Assembly: GCA_037447605.1 (NCBI GenBank)
Contig: CM074820.1
Span: 930,001-994,000 of the forward strand
DNA: 64,000 nt
Direction of reading: 5' to 3'
DNA from: Zygnema circumcarinatum SAG 698-1b
Lineage: Eukaryota; Plantae; Zygnematophyceae
The position numbers and the translations under genes are program-made. Positions 1 to 11,400 of this stretch are shown here, piece by piece. The notes below the pieces were generated by a model, which worked only from the letters and a program-made list of their open reading frames with translations, ran no database searches and had not been told where the DNA came from. How positions within the stretch are numbered: position 1 is the stretch's first letter; the number at the start of each line of letters is the position of its first letter.

Positions 1-1
1 G

Positions 2-160
2 AGTCGTGGTCAGACTTCCCGCCATGAATATCTCGTGAAATGGTTGGGCTATGGGGTTAAACATAGCACGTGGGAACGTGAGAGCAATCTGACAAATTGC
101 AAGGAGCTCTTGAGATTGTACCGGGAGGCGAGACCGCTGGTGAGCTGGGCGAAGCGTTAG
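2..160 (+). mobile_element. Chromodomain C-terminus of a Ty3/gypsy (chromovirus) Pol, window-truncated
   Basis: Frame 2 reads SRGQTSRHEYLVKWLGYGVKHSTWERESNLTNCKELLRLY...KR* (stop 158-160). This matches the chromodomain pattern YLVKWxGY...TWE..xNL. A polypurine tract (about 324-335) and an LTR start follow. Confidence 0.85.
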
Positions 161-335
161 GGGTTTCAACCGCCCACGCAAAGCATTTCGAAAGCGGGAG
201 CCTTGACCGGATTAACGCCGAAGCCTTGCATACCCCGCATGCAGACGCACAATACCTCTTAAAATCAAGGGCTTCGCTGCCAAGATTATTTTCCCCAGTG
301 AACGAGGGCGTTAACGTACTCACAGGGGGGAGTAA

Positions 336-950
336 TGTAGCGTAACGCTACAGCGTGACCCTGGAGGCGTACTCATAGTGATACTATGACTATCCCTTCA
401 TCTCAGCGCCTAGCGGATAGGTTAGGACGCTGCCAAGACCGCAGGAGGTCTTGGGCTCGATCCTTGTGGCGTGCAAAGGATCTCTTTTGGATCGTACTGG
501 TCGTCCGTACAGTTGTACGGACGCACCGACATACGGATCCCGCCGCCAGAGACCTGGTCAAGCAAGGCCGCCAAGATAGCCGATACGCGACGGGCGGCAA
601 TACTCCACGGTAGATGCGCGCGGTGGCATTTTGATGGGGTACCGTCTGCATCGGTGACGGACGGGTGCCGGCTGTGTCCACTCGCCGCATTTCTAGCCGC
701 GGCGCCACGATGGCCGCGCGCCGCTCGACAGCGCCTGAGCGCGGGCGAGACCACGGGCTTGTCCTTAGCCGATAACTCGGTTAAGGATCTCCGCCACGCG
801 GCGGGCTCTGATTGGGCAGTCCCGCTCCCGGTCCTCCATGCTGGTAGGGGGTTCAACGGGGGGAGCTTAAGGGGGCTGCGCCCGGATGGGAGACCATCCG
901 AGCTCTTTGTACCAGCATTGAGCTCACGCTCCTCTCTCTCTCTTCCGCTC
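336..950 (+). mobile_element. 3' LTR of the chromovirus (right end approximate)
   Basis: PPT AGGGGGGAGTAA is directly followed by TGTAGCGTAACGCTACA at 336. Segment 440-545 resembles the reverse complement of 8260-8390 (the other chromovirus LTR). Confidence 0.6.
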
Positions 951-959
951 TTGACACTT

Positions 960-3207
960 AGACTTTCAGAACAGCCTGCTAGGGGGCAGGTTGTTACAAC
1001 CGGTCACTTCAAGAGGAACTGCCCCAACGTTCAGAATGGCGGTTCATCCTCGAATGCAGATGCTCTAAACGAGCAAGAAGGGAGGAGGGGTGATGGCAGG
1101 TATCCCAGAGATGAACGCAAGAGGATTCACGAGACGAACTTGATGTTCTCAGATTGGGGACCTAATGATGAGTTTGTCGGATGTCTTAGAGTTGAAAATT
1201 CAGCTAAACCTTGGGTGATCGATTCCTGCTTCAAGGCACATGTGCGGATGACTCCACTCTTTGCGCAGAAGGAGATTCTTGGAGGAACCCGCCGGCCCAC
1301 TCAGCAACTGGAGAAGTGAGTCTCGTGACGCAAGGCGAAATGTAAATTTCAAGCAGGTGCTCGGGAGGGAAGCACGCAGAGGGTTGTCCAAGTTGGTAAC
1401 GTACTGCATACTCCCGGACTACAGATTAATTTCCTCTCTGTTAGTCAGCTGTGTGAGAAGGACTATGGAGTATGGTTTGAGAAGGGTAGTTGTGAGGTCA
1501 TTCACAAGGAGACAGTAAGTAAGTCTTGTGCAAGGGGAATCCAAGGTGGGCTTTACTTTCTAGAGTGGAAGGAGGCTCAAGGCCCCACATCCCCGCCAAG
1601 GACCCTGTGGAGGGAACCCATTCTACCTCATAAGATAGATCCAGACCTGCTTGAGGTGGAGGGAAAGGGGATGCTAGAGTAAGCATTGAGGCTCAAAAGG
1701 GAGCAGGGATTATTTCGCCAACGACATTTCAGATAGCCGGGCTAAGGGGGTTGAAAGACCCATCACCGAAAGGGTGGACATTAGTGGTGGTGAGAATGTG
1801 TGCGAATTCCAGGATCACTCAGAGTTAGTGAGCTCCAGGGAGGCCGGAAACACGGGCTTGTTGCATCCAAACAAGGATGGAGTTGAAGTGGAGGAGTCCT
1901 TTCAACCCAGGGTAGTTGAGCAGCCTGAGCATAAGGTTGCGGCTACAAAAGGAATACCCGCTACGTTGACCTATGAGGAGTTCACGGAAGCGCCCAGGAT
2001 CTAATGTGGAAGCACTGTAAGTGGGAGGGATCAAGAGGGGATGATGATCTCGGCCTTTGGATCAAGAGGGGCAGCTTGTTCAGACAAGGAGCATACATTT
2101 AGTTGTGGGACACTAGGATTGTAGTGGTCCCCAGCTGGAACTAGGGGTCTAGCTAGAACCAAGTACCAAGAGGGGAATGTTAGTGTTAAGTAGTTAGGGA
2201 CTTGTTGTACACTAAGTTGTTGGTACTAAGTTCTAAGGAGGGGTGTGCTCATTATGTCTACATTGTACGGCGAACCGTCTAAGTGACCGTACAAGTCTTT
2301 AAGGGGTGTGCGTGTAGCGCGCAGAGCCTGATTTGGCAAGGCAAGGCATCAGAATGTCGGTGCGGCCAATCAGTGGTACGATTTGGAAGGCCAAGACCAT
2401 GGGTGTACGGACATTGGTCGGTGGCGAGGCGCGGCGCGGCGGAGTCAGATGTGACGTGGCGCGACGCGACAAATCGAGAAGTGACGAGGCGCGAATCAGC
2501 GCGCGGAGCAGAACTGACGAGGTACGGAGTCAGCAATGTCTCATTTGGAGGACAGTGGCGAATCGGAAGGCGCCACGTGTCGGGTGAAAGGGAAGGCCTG
2601 TACGGCCTAGGTCGGTGGCGCTCGTAGGCTTACGGGGTCCCACATGACGCCAAGTAATGAGGAGTCAGATCCTACGGTGGAGGACTCGGATGGAGATAAG
2701 GCTGAGGCGGATCTGACGGCAATGATGTGCTGGATCCGTGCAAGCCTACGAGGATCCAACGGCGCGAGATTAGGATCGGGATAAGGGTCTTGCAAGGCGT
2801 TGCATGTGCGGCCGTGACGTGACAATGTCACTAATGGCGCCATATTGTATTTAAGGGTTAGATTGTTTGGTAGAAGTTAACCTTCTCGTGACTCACATTG
2901 GGGAGTGAGGCTATCTTGCTTAGGGCCTAGGAGATAGTGGGAAGAGTTCAGCTTGTAGTGGGTGGTTTATTCACGTAGCTTGAGAGAGGTGCTTGAAGCT
3001 TGGCTCTAGTGTTGTCAAGTTGTATTTCATCTTTATCTTAAGGAGTTTTAGGCTGCTGGCTTTCTCCTTACATTTTCATATTTCTGCTGAGTTGTTCTCT
3101 TGCATTTAGTGTGCTTTGTGTGATTGAGCAATTCATTGAAGATGTCGAGTTCTACCCAGGGTAGAGGAGAAGTGGCAGCCCCACCAAGGGAGGGCGCTGC
3201 ATCAACA
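960..3207 (+). mobile_element. Copia family D, internally deleted copy: decayed gag knuckle/protease/GAG-pre-integrase remnant + PPT + 3' LTR (2178-3207)
   Basis: Remnant motifs GHFKRNCP, PWVIDS and NVLHTPGLQINFLSVSQL are present; there is no INT core, RT or RNase H. PPT AAGAGGGGAA precedes TGTTAGTG at 2178. The LTR ends TCAACA at 3207, matching the end of the second copy at 16260. Confidence 0.75.
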
Positions 3208-5843
3208 AAAGCATGCTGGAGACGGAGACTCGGGGTTGGCCGGCCCCTCACCTCTGTCATCTCGTTCCACCAACACTCGAGTCGACGAGCGCACCATCCA
3301 GGCAAGATGCCGAGGGTGCCTGCTTAGTGGGTCTGCCACATTCAGCCTGCCTGGCCGATAGACCCACTGGCAGTCAAACCTTTGGAGGAACTCAGACCAG
3401 CGTGCCTGCCGCCTAGACAAGGTCTGTTGGGTAGAGAGAAACGTGAGCGGACGGTGGTCNNNNNNNNNNCGCCCCCTCTAAATAGCACCGCCATGTCCTC
3501 AGGGCGTGGACCACTGCAAGCAGTTCTTGTTCTGTTGCAAAATAGTTGCGCTCAGCGGGATTCATTTTACGACTTTCATACGCCAAAGGTTGGCCATCTT
3601 GAAACAAGACGGCACCCAAGGCGAATCCCGAAGCATCACAAACCACTTCATAAGGTTTGGACGGGTCCGCTAAACAGAGAGTGGGTGCGGTAACAAGTGC
3701 ATGGCGGACACCCTCGAATGCTTCCTGGCACTCAGGGGTCCATACAAAGGGGACACCGGAACGTGTCAAATTAGTCAAGGGAGTCACCAACTTACTAAAC
3801 CCTTCGATGAACTTACGAAAATAATTCGCAAAACCCAAGAACGATCGCAACTGATGCAAGTCAGTCGGTTCTGCCGAAGTTTCTACCGTAGAAACTTTGG
3901 CAGGGTCTGGCCGAAGGCCTTGATCATTCAAGATATGCCCAAGATAAAGCAACTCACGTTGCATGAAGTGACACTTCTTCCTCTTGGCATAAAATTGGTG
4001 TTTCCTCAGGGTCTCAAACACTTTCCGAACGTGTTCAAGATGTTCCTCCTCTGTCTTACTGAAGACAAGGATATCATCGAGGTAAACCAAAACAAACTCA
4101 TCCATGCCTATGAACATCTCGTTCATCACAGCCTGGAAAGTCGCCGGAGCATTAGTCAATCCAAAGGGCAACACCTTATATTGGAAATGACCAATCGGCG
4201 TCCGGAACGCAGTTTTTGGTACATCAGCCTCCGTAACACGGATCTGATGATACCCTTGAGCAAGGTCAAGTGACGTAAACACTTTGGCGCCGTGAAGACG
4301 ATCCAAAAGATCATCAATACGTGGTAAAGCAAATCGATTCTTTACGGTGATTTTGTTGAGTGCGCGATAATCAATGCACATCCTCAACGAGCCATCTTTC
4401 TTGCCTACAAACAAGATGGGCGCCCCAAAAGGGCTTTGGCTGGGCTCTATCCAGCCCTTGTCCCGTAAATTAGTCAACTGCTTACGCATCTCCTCGGTTT
4501 CCTTCAGACTTAACCGATAGATCGGCCGCCAAGGCGGCTTTTGCTCAGGCTCAAGAGGGATTGTATGCCCCACTCCTCGAGAGGGTGGCAACCCCCTTGG
4601 AAGGTCATCAGGGAAGACATCCCTGAACTCATCCAACAGAGGTCGGATTTGGGATGGAACAGCCGAGAGCACATCCGTAGGTGTGATCTGCCATTCTTGA
4701 TCTTCGTCATGCACATCCTCAGTGGCTGCCATGACATGCACCATAAACAAGGTGCAACCCTCCTTTACCGCTTTGGCCAGTTGCATGGCGGAACAGAGAT
4801 AAGGGTCATCCAACTGTTTGGTAACAGTGGATGTGGATCTGCCAGGGTGTAAGGTTATGCGCCTGTCACCACTGTGCAGGACGCAATTTGGGATGGAGGA
4901 ATCGAGTTGGGCCTTGACCATGGTTAACCAAGCACTCCCCAAAATAACATCAGTTCCAGGGGCCAGCTGTGTCAAAAGACACTTCACTGCTCCGGAGTAG
5001 GATTGGAGCTTGATTTTGAGTGTGATGCTACCAGAGATTTGGCCCTTGCGTCCATCCCCGAAAAAGTAAGTAAGTAAGTAAAAAGTAAGTAAGTAAGTAA
5101 AGTAACACTTTCAAAATGGGGATCTGTGGTCAACCCAAATCTCGGGTGAATGCAGAGCTAACAAAATTAGCATCTGCCCCAGTAACTAGCAGTATAACTG
5201 CTGGGTGGCCATTGGCTGACCCTTGGAAAGTCATGGCACGATGGGCAAGATGGAACATGGATCGCACTATATGCGAGGGTTGAGGACGAGCCGTCCTCCA
5301 CACCAAGGTGTAGGGGGATCCAACCAGAGAACTGGTGGATCCTTCCATTTCTTGCACCAATTTGTGCCCTTTCCTCAACGGTTTCACCAACCGCCAAGTG
5401 GCGTTGGGAAAAGTGCAAACTGCCATGTGCTGAGGAACCAGCACATGCAGCCCGAGGATAGGGGAGGTATCTCCCATGATATGCAAAGCATCCATGGCAC
5501 ATTGCATGAGAGAATCATCACCCATGACATTGAGGATAAAGACATTCCATTGACCATGCATCACTACACCCATGAATCCAGAAGGAGTCACCACAGTGGC
5601 AGGGGAGAGAGAAATGGAATCCGGAAGCGCATTACAAACAAACAGGTCATGCACTCCGAGAGGTCTGCCCATCAATTTCACAATATCCAAAGTTGTTAAG
5701 AACCACCATTTCCTAACCCCGATGGTAGCCACTTCTCCCTTATCCTCTAGCCTATCCTCCCCACCAGCAGCGACTCCTAAGCTGCTGGTGGGTTGGGGTT
5801 TTCCGGCCCCTTGCCCTTCCTGTCCTTGGTGTTCAAAGGACAA
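3208..5843 (-). pseudogene. Ty3/gypsy pol (protease-RT-RNase H), truncated before integrase by the family-D LTR
   Basis: ORF 3413-4987 has SPFGAPILFVGKKDGSLRMCIDYRALN, YLDDILVFS, CDASGFALGAVL and ELLAVVHALRTWRCYL; LSRRQARWSEFL lies at 3202-3420. The protease site is decayed to ILLVTGADANFVS (D to V), and a TTAC expansion breaks the frame near 5066-5103. Confidence 0.92.
5760..5804 (-). promoter_or_regulatory. Candidate -1 programmed ribosomal frameshift signal (slippery G_GAA_AAC + 5-nt spacer + 12-bp hairpin)
   Basis: Minus strand reads GGAAAAC CCCAA CCCACCAGCAGC TTAGGAGTC GCTGCTGGTGGG. The heptamer is in gag codon phase, the downstream protease ORF (5130-5843) is in the -1 frame, and the gag TAG lies in the loop. 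Confidence 0.7.
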
Positions 5844-6928
5844 TCACGGGCCTTGTGCCCCTCCTTCCTGCAACGGAAGCATTTGTTCTCCCGCTGCATC
5901 TTCTCCATCTCCTCTGGAGTCAACTTCTGCGGTCTCGCAGTGGCTGGGCGGGCAGTCGCTTCCGGCTGCTTCCGCTTATGCTTTCCTGCCAGTTTGGCAG
6001 GAGCTGAGGGTCCCGCCTTCATCGACCCTTGTACATCACCCGCCCGCTGCTGGGGTCGGGAAGGTCCTGCATCGCCTGCAGGGGCGGTGTCCAACTGAAT
6101 GGCTGCATCAAAGTACAGCTCAGAGTCAGCGGGATCCCACGGTTTCAGAGTCCGTGGGTTAGTCCCTAACTGCTTCCCCAGGTGTGGCTTCAAGCCGTTC
6201 CTGAAGTGGTAGAAAAACTCAGCCTGTCCAGGCTTGTGCGTGGTGATCTGGGGCACCACTTGGCGCAGGTCTCGCAGAAACTGCTTGACACTGCCGGTTT
6301 GGACCATGTTCTGAAACTTGTCCCTGGCCTCCAAACCCGGGTCCAGGGACCCAAAATGTTTGATAAGTTCAACTCTGAACTTATCCCAATCGTCCCCAAT
6401 CTCATCAGAGAGGCCCTCATATACACGGTATGCGGCTCCTCTGAGTGCTGGGTAAGCAAAGCTTACCCACTGGAGGGGGGGACAGTTGGTCGCCAGAAGG
6501 TAACCCTTCGTTTGACCCAACCACTACTCAATCGAGCAGTCCGTGTTAAGATGTTCACCCCAAACGGAAATCGGGGCCACTTTGGCCCGATTCCGCTTGG
6601 CATCCTCAGTAGGTTGCGGAGGAGCAGTCCGAGGACTGGGATCTCCTCCGCCGCCAGCAGCTGCCCCTGACGGGGGTCCCTCACTGTTGGGTGGTTCGCC
6701 ACCCCCGTGCGGGTGACTCCCCCCTGTGGGAAAGCCAGGGGGTGCGGACTTCTGCCGGCTGCTTCCGGCAGCCGGTTGGGGCGTCGGTATAGACGACGCT
6801 ACCGGAGTGGTGTGCCTTACCCCTTCCCCAGGACCTGCCGCATCTACTGCCTCTACAGCCTGAGGGGGGGTTCGGGGCATACCTTCTTCGATGATTCGGA
6901 GCCTCTCCGCCAGGCTCCTGAACTCCAT
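5777..6928 (-). pseudogene. Ty3/gypsy gag with CCHC zinc knuckle (one in-frame stop at about 6524)
   Basis: ORFs 6524-6928 and 5777-6520 are in the same frame. The knuckle CFRCRKEGHKARDCP is near the C-terminus. Confidence 0.85.
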
Positions 6929-6969
6929 CTAGAGCGTGTCCACCAGCCGTCGGACCGTCNNNNNNNNNN

Positions 6970-7582
6970 GACGCGTCATCTATCTTGGAGGCAAGGTCAG
7001 ATCCTACGGCGCAAGACGTGGATCGAATGGAAGGCTGAGTCGGATCCGACGGAAGCAAAGGGCTGGATCCGTGTGAGCCTACGAGGATCCGACGGCGCAG
7101 GATTAGGATCGGGATAGGGCCCTTGCAGGCCGCTAGTCGATGTTGTGAAGCTTCGTAGCATGTTGTTGTCACGTGTGTAGTGACATAGTATTTAAGGATT
7201 GTTTTTTGTTGTAGGCAAATAATTCATTGAGAGTACATTGTAGTGTCTACATTATCTTTGTTGCTTCGTGTTCGCGACACTACACTTACTCGTCTTTGTG
7301 AGGTAGTGGTACGTGAGATTCTTGGCCGGTGATTTGAGAGGGTCTCTCAATGTATGAGTGAATTCACTATTAAGGAGTTTTAGAGCCAGGAGCTTTCTCC
7401 TATTCATTTCTCTCTGTTATTCCGCTGTGCATTATTTGCTGTGATTCACTCTGTGAGTAAAATGGGCTATGAGTGAATGTGAGAGATTTGGAATGTCATC
7501 GTCGATTGGAACGCGAACTCCGATGGAGGGTGACCCGAATGGAGGAACGGACGGCAGCAGTGGAGGAGTCCCTCCACCAACA
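6970..7582 (+). mobile_element. Copia family E LTR (left part lost in gap), inserted in the gypsy leader
   Basis: Ends CCAACA at 7582. Near-identical to 17454-17672 (minus). Contains the hairpin motif (7371-7402) and ATG-TCA-TCG (MSSS) at 7493. Confidence 0.8.
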
Positions 7583-7866
7583 ATGTGGGCCTCGATCATG
7601 GGGTAGGGCCCAGTTGAGGCTTCTACCGGAGCCAGGGGCTCCGGTTGGATGGGGAGAGGGGCGGTGTTCTCCGGGTGACCTTGGTCACCCGTGGGCTGGG
7701 ATCAGCCCCTCCATCAGGAGCCAGCACATCTCCAAGTTCTCCTCAGTCCTGCGTCCCGAGGACGGGAGTGAGGGTGGCGATCCCCGAGGGCCCAAGTCTC
7801 CTTCCAGCCCAACGGGTGGTTAGCGCCATGACCCACTGGGTTCTCTCGTGGAGAAGGCTGCAGCGC

Positions 7867-8494
7867 GCTCTGGTGCCAATTATGACGCCGCGCTGACCCT
7901 GCTCTCGGTCTGCAGACGGAATGCGTCGTCTGCACTCAGCCGGGCAATCAAGAAAACAGGAGAAAGAGGGAGAGCTTCAGAGAGAGGCGCAGCCCTGGGC
8001 AGGGGTGCAACCGAATGCCGGTACGTTGGTTGGTTGGCGCCAGCCAACCTCGCCCCTATATGCTTCCCCCGTTGAACCTCCTACCAGCATGGAGGATTGG
8101 AAGCAGGGCTGTCTAGTGGTAGGTTGCCACGTGTCCATCTCTGACCCGAATGGGTCAGAGGAGTGCAACGTACAAACGCTCGCCGCGTTCCGTGGGCGCG
8201 CGCTGCGACGCGGCGCGCCGCCGTACGTCGGTGCACGGCCGGATCCTACGCGCGCGGCGCGGGGTCCGACTGTCAGTCCGTCCGTACCAACGGCAACCCG
8301 AAATTGTACGGACGACGGTTACGTTCAAAAACGTTACAAACCCTTGCGACTTTCGCAAGGTTCGATCCTAAGACCTACCAAGTCCTAGGTGGTCCATGGC
8401 GCCCTGACCACTCGGCCCGCGCCCGGGGTGAGAGTACTAGGACGGAGTGCGCCTTAAGTACACCTCTCGTGGGTGACTGTAGCGTTTCGCTACA
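7867..8494 (-). mobile_element. Gypsy 5' LTR (about 7883-8494) and degenerate tRNA-iMet PBS (7867-7878)
   Basis: The minus strand begins TGTAGCGAAACGCTACA, like the LTR at 336. The PBS-like TGGCACCAGAGC has two mismatches to TGGTATCAGAGC. Confidence 0.65.
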
Positions 8495-11400
8495 CATATT
8501 CGAGGTGACCCAACTCTGCGGAGTTGGAGGTGGCAGCGTGAGAGACGCACAAGCGAAGGAGAGACTACCTTTGGAAGCTTGTATGCTCGGATATGTCGAA
8601 GGCGAAGTTGCTTCATCAAAGGATTCGAGAGGAGGACTTGACGGCACTTCGAGAAGTGGAGAGGGCTCCAGTGCCATATCGAGATTGCCATGGTATGTGG
8701 AGGGGATGACCCTTCAAGCACACTCTTGGGATTAGAGACTAGCTTTGGAGTTAGAGACTAATGAACTAGAATCGTCACATTGGTTGTGGGATAGGCTAGG
8801 AGAGGTGCTGGGTGGCAAGGAGTGCCACGGATGGAAAGAGTTCACTTCAAATGCGTTTGGGGTGAAGGAGGCCCAAGATCTAGGGTCTAAGAGAGAGAGC
8901 TGCCCAAGGAACCATTGCTTAAATCCTGACTAGTCTGGTGGACAGAGCTAGTGGAATTGATAGTCACTAAGATGTTAGTGATGGACCACTAAGCAGGAGT
9001 TAGGGAATTCCCCAAGGAGTAGTGGAGGAGATCAATTCGGAGGTAGGAAGGTCGCAACTTCCTATGAGGAGTCTACTTCACGGAGGAGTAGATGTAGCAA
9101 AGGAGTAGAATGGATAGAGTCAAAAGGAATTGACAACCATTCAAGGAGGGGCAAGGCTGAAGTCGGACAAGGAGGATTCCACTCCAAGTCGACATTTTGG
9201 AGCCGTGAGCTAGTGGAGATCACATTGCTAACGGACTTGCAGGGCTTATCTTGTGGAGGGATCATTTGGATCTAAGGAGATGGCAGGGTGGCTCAAGTGT
9301 GTCCAGACGTGGACTTGATCTTTGTTTGAAGAGTTTGCTGGGAGTGCACGCCTAGTTTACTCGGGAGCAAGGAACAGAGACCTTTTCGAAGGAGGAGCCG
9401 AGTTGCTGATCTCAAGAGAAGTCAAGAGAAGCTGGTGGATCTCGAAGGAGAAGTGGCGTACAGTTGTCGTGGAAGACAAGGTGAAGTACTTTTAGGCCAC
9501 AAAATTTTGTTTGAAATTTTCCTTAAAAGGTGAATTTATTTTGGAGGCAAGCAGGTGGAGTTAGATGCAGGTTGACCCTTGTGATGGGATAGAGCGGAGT
9601 AGCTTGTACTTCTTCGAAGAGGGGAAGGTGCAGCGGTGGACGTTGGCACGATAGCTTGTGGAGCTCGGCATCGAAGGAACTCGGACACCTAAGCTAGAAG
9701 ANNNNNNNNNNGTTGAAGCGACGAACTTGAAGGTTCGAGGAGCTGCGAGTGATCATGGAGATCAAGAGGCGGCAAGGAGCGCTTGAAGGCGCGGCTGGTG
9801 GCAACGGAATCAAGGGACGAGCAGAGTGTGGAGAATGTCATCATGATGATGGTGCAGTACACTTCCCTTCGTGGTATTCCTTAAAAAGTCACTAAGCTAG
9901 AGTAAGGTGTTTTCAGATGCATATGAAAGGTGCAAGAATTACACTTTTGGAGAAATTGACACGCAATGAAGAAAGTGTCAAGCAGGGTTTGTAGGACCCT
10001 GATAGGGGAAGAGGAACATCCGGTTTGCCAGCTCATTGATGGAGTAAGTGAGCAGAATTGAGACCCCAAAGGTGGAGTACAAGAGGAGGGTGCCAAGATG
10101 TCGAAGCTAGAGTTGGCTTTGGAGGACCAGTTTTTGTACAAGTAGGCTGTTGAGCTTAAGAGGGGGTAGGCAAGGTGTTCAGATTTGACCTTGGCAGATG
10201 GCGCTGAGGCGAGATTGTCCATGGGGGACATGTGAGTAGAGATTGTCCATGGGGGACATGTGAGTTCATAGTGCGAGGTCCCAGGATCGTGAAGAGGAAG
10301 ATGTTGGTGAAGGCGACACTTCATTTGGGAGGATGCCTACAACAAGTGGCGAGAGTACCACGAGGAGGATTCTAGGGACAAATATGAACGACCTCATGTT
10401 TATGAGGGGGTGAGCGGCATATGGAGAAGACGACTTCATGGATATGTGAGTTGGGAGGAGAAGATGGGACTTCTCGGGTTTACCTTGGAGGATGACCTTT
10501 GCAGAGTTCAGAGGTTGAAGGTTCCCACCACATTGTTGACAAGGTGTCAACTACGCTCAAGGAAGTTCTGATGTGCAACGATTGCACATGCGAAGTGAAG
10601 ACCATCTATTGGACGAGGTGGCCCGAGGGAGAGTGCAATGGCTGTTGCATTCACGGTGGAATCAATTCAAGGGAATTGGTGTGCAAGCGGCAAGGTATGC
10701 CTAGTTAGTTGTTGCTAAGCTTAGGGTGCCATGCTAGTATAGCTTGCAAGGAACTTACGTACCAAGAGGGGGATTGTTGATGTATAGGTACATCAAGGTG
10801 TTGGTACTTAGTTCCTCGCATGAATGTTGTCCGGGAGATCATGTGTTGATGTAGGGACAATGTCATGCTTGAATGGTCATGTTTGGTGTAGGTCCAAACA
10901 TGGGGGGTGCCCAAAGTGCTAGGGCATGGTACGGAAGGTCTAGGGAAGGTCTAGGGTCGTAGATTTGCGGCTTAGGCTTAGACCGTGCCAAAGGGGGTGC
11001 GCTGGATGCGCATTAATTGGTTTGGAGCGCGACCGTACGGACGGCGCGCGACTGTACGGACGACGCGGAAATGTTCGGACGCGGAGGTCTTTGGTGCGAA
11101 AGGCGGATCTGCGCTAAGCGACATGATTGGTCGCGCCAGAGTGTAGATCGCGACGCAATCTATAAGCGGAACATAACTCATGATTAGGTATGTACTTTCG
11201 AGGTACGGACATTGGTCGGTGCTGAGGCCCAGCGCGGCGGAGTCAGAAGTGACGTGGCGCGACACGGCAGATTCGAAAGTGACAAGGCGCGGCGTCAGAA
11301 TGTCGGCGCAGTGAATCAGGAGTGAGGAGGCGCTGCATCAGCAGTGTCTTATGTGGAGGACAGTGGCGAATTGGAAGGCGCCACGTGTCAGATTCGGGGT

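Noticed and set aside
3039-3070. LTR hairpin as a hammerhead or other self-cleaving ribozyme (retrozyme)
   Set aside because: No CUGANGA/GAAA catalytic core or three-way junction is visible around it.
10499-10708. Conserved small Cys-rich ORF (three copies) as a novel accessory gene
   Set aside because: Its position just before the PPT and its faint similarity fit the decayed RNase H end. It lacks an ATG start, and conservation is explained by recent copying.
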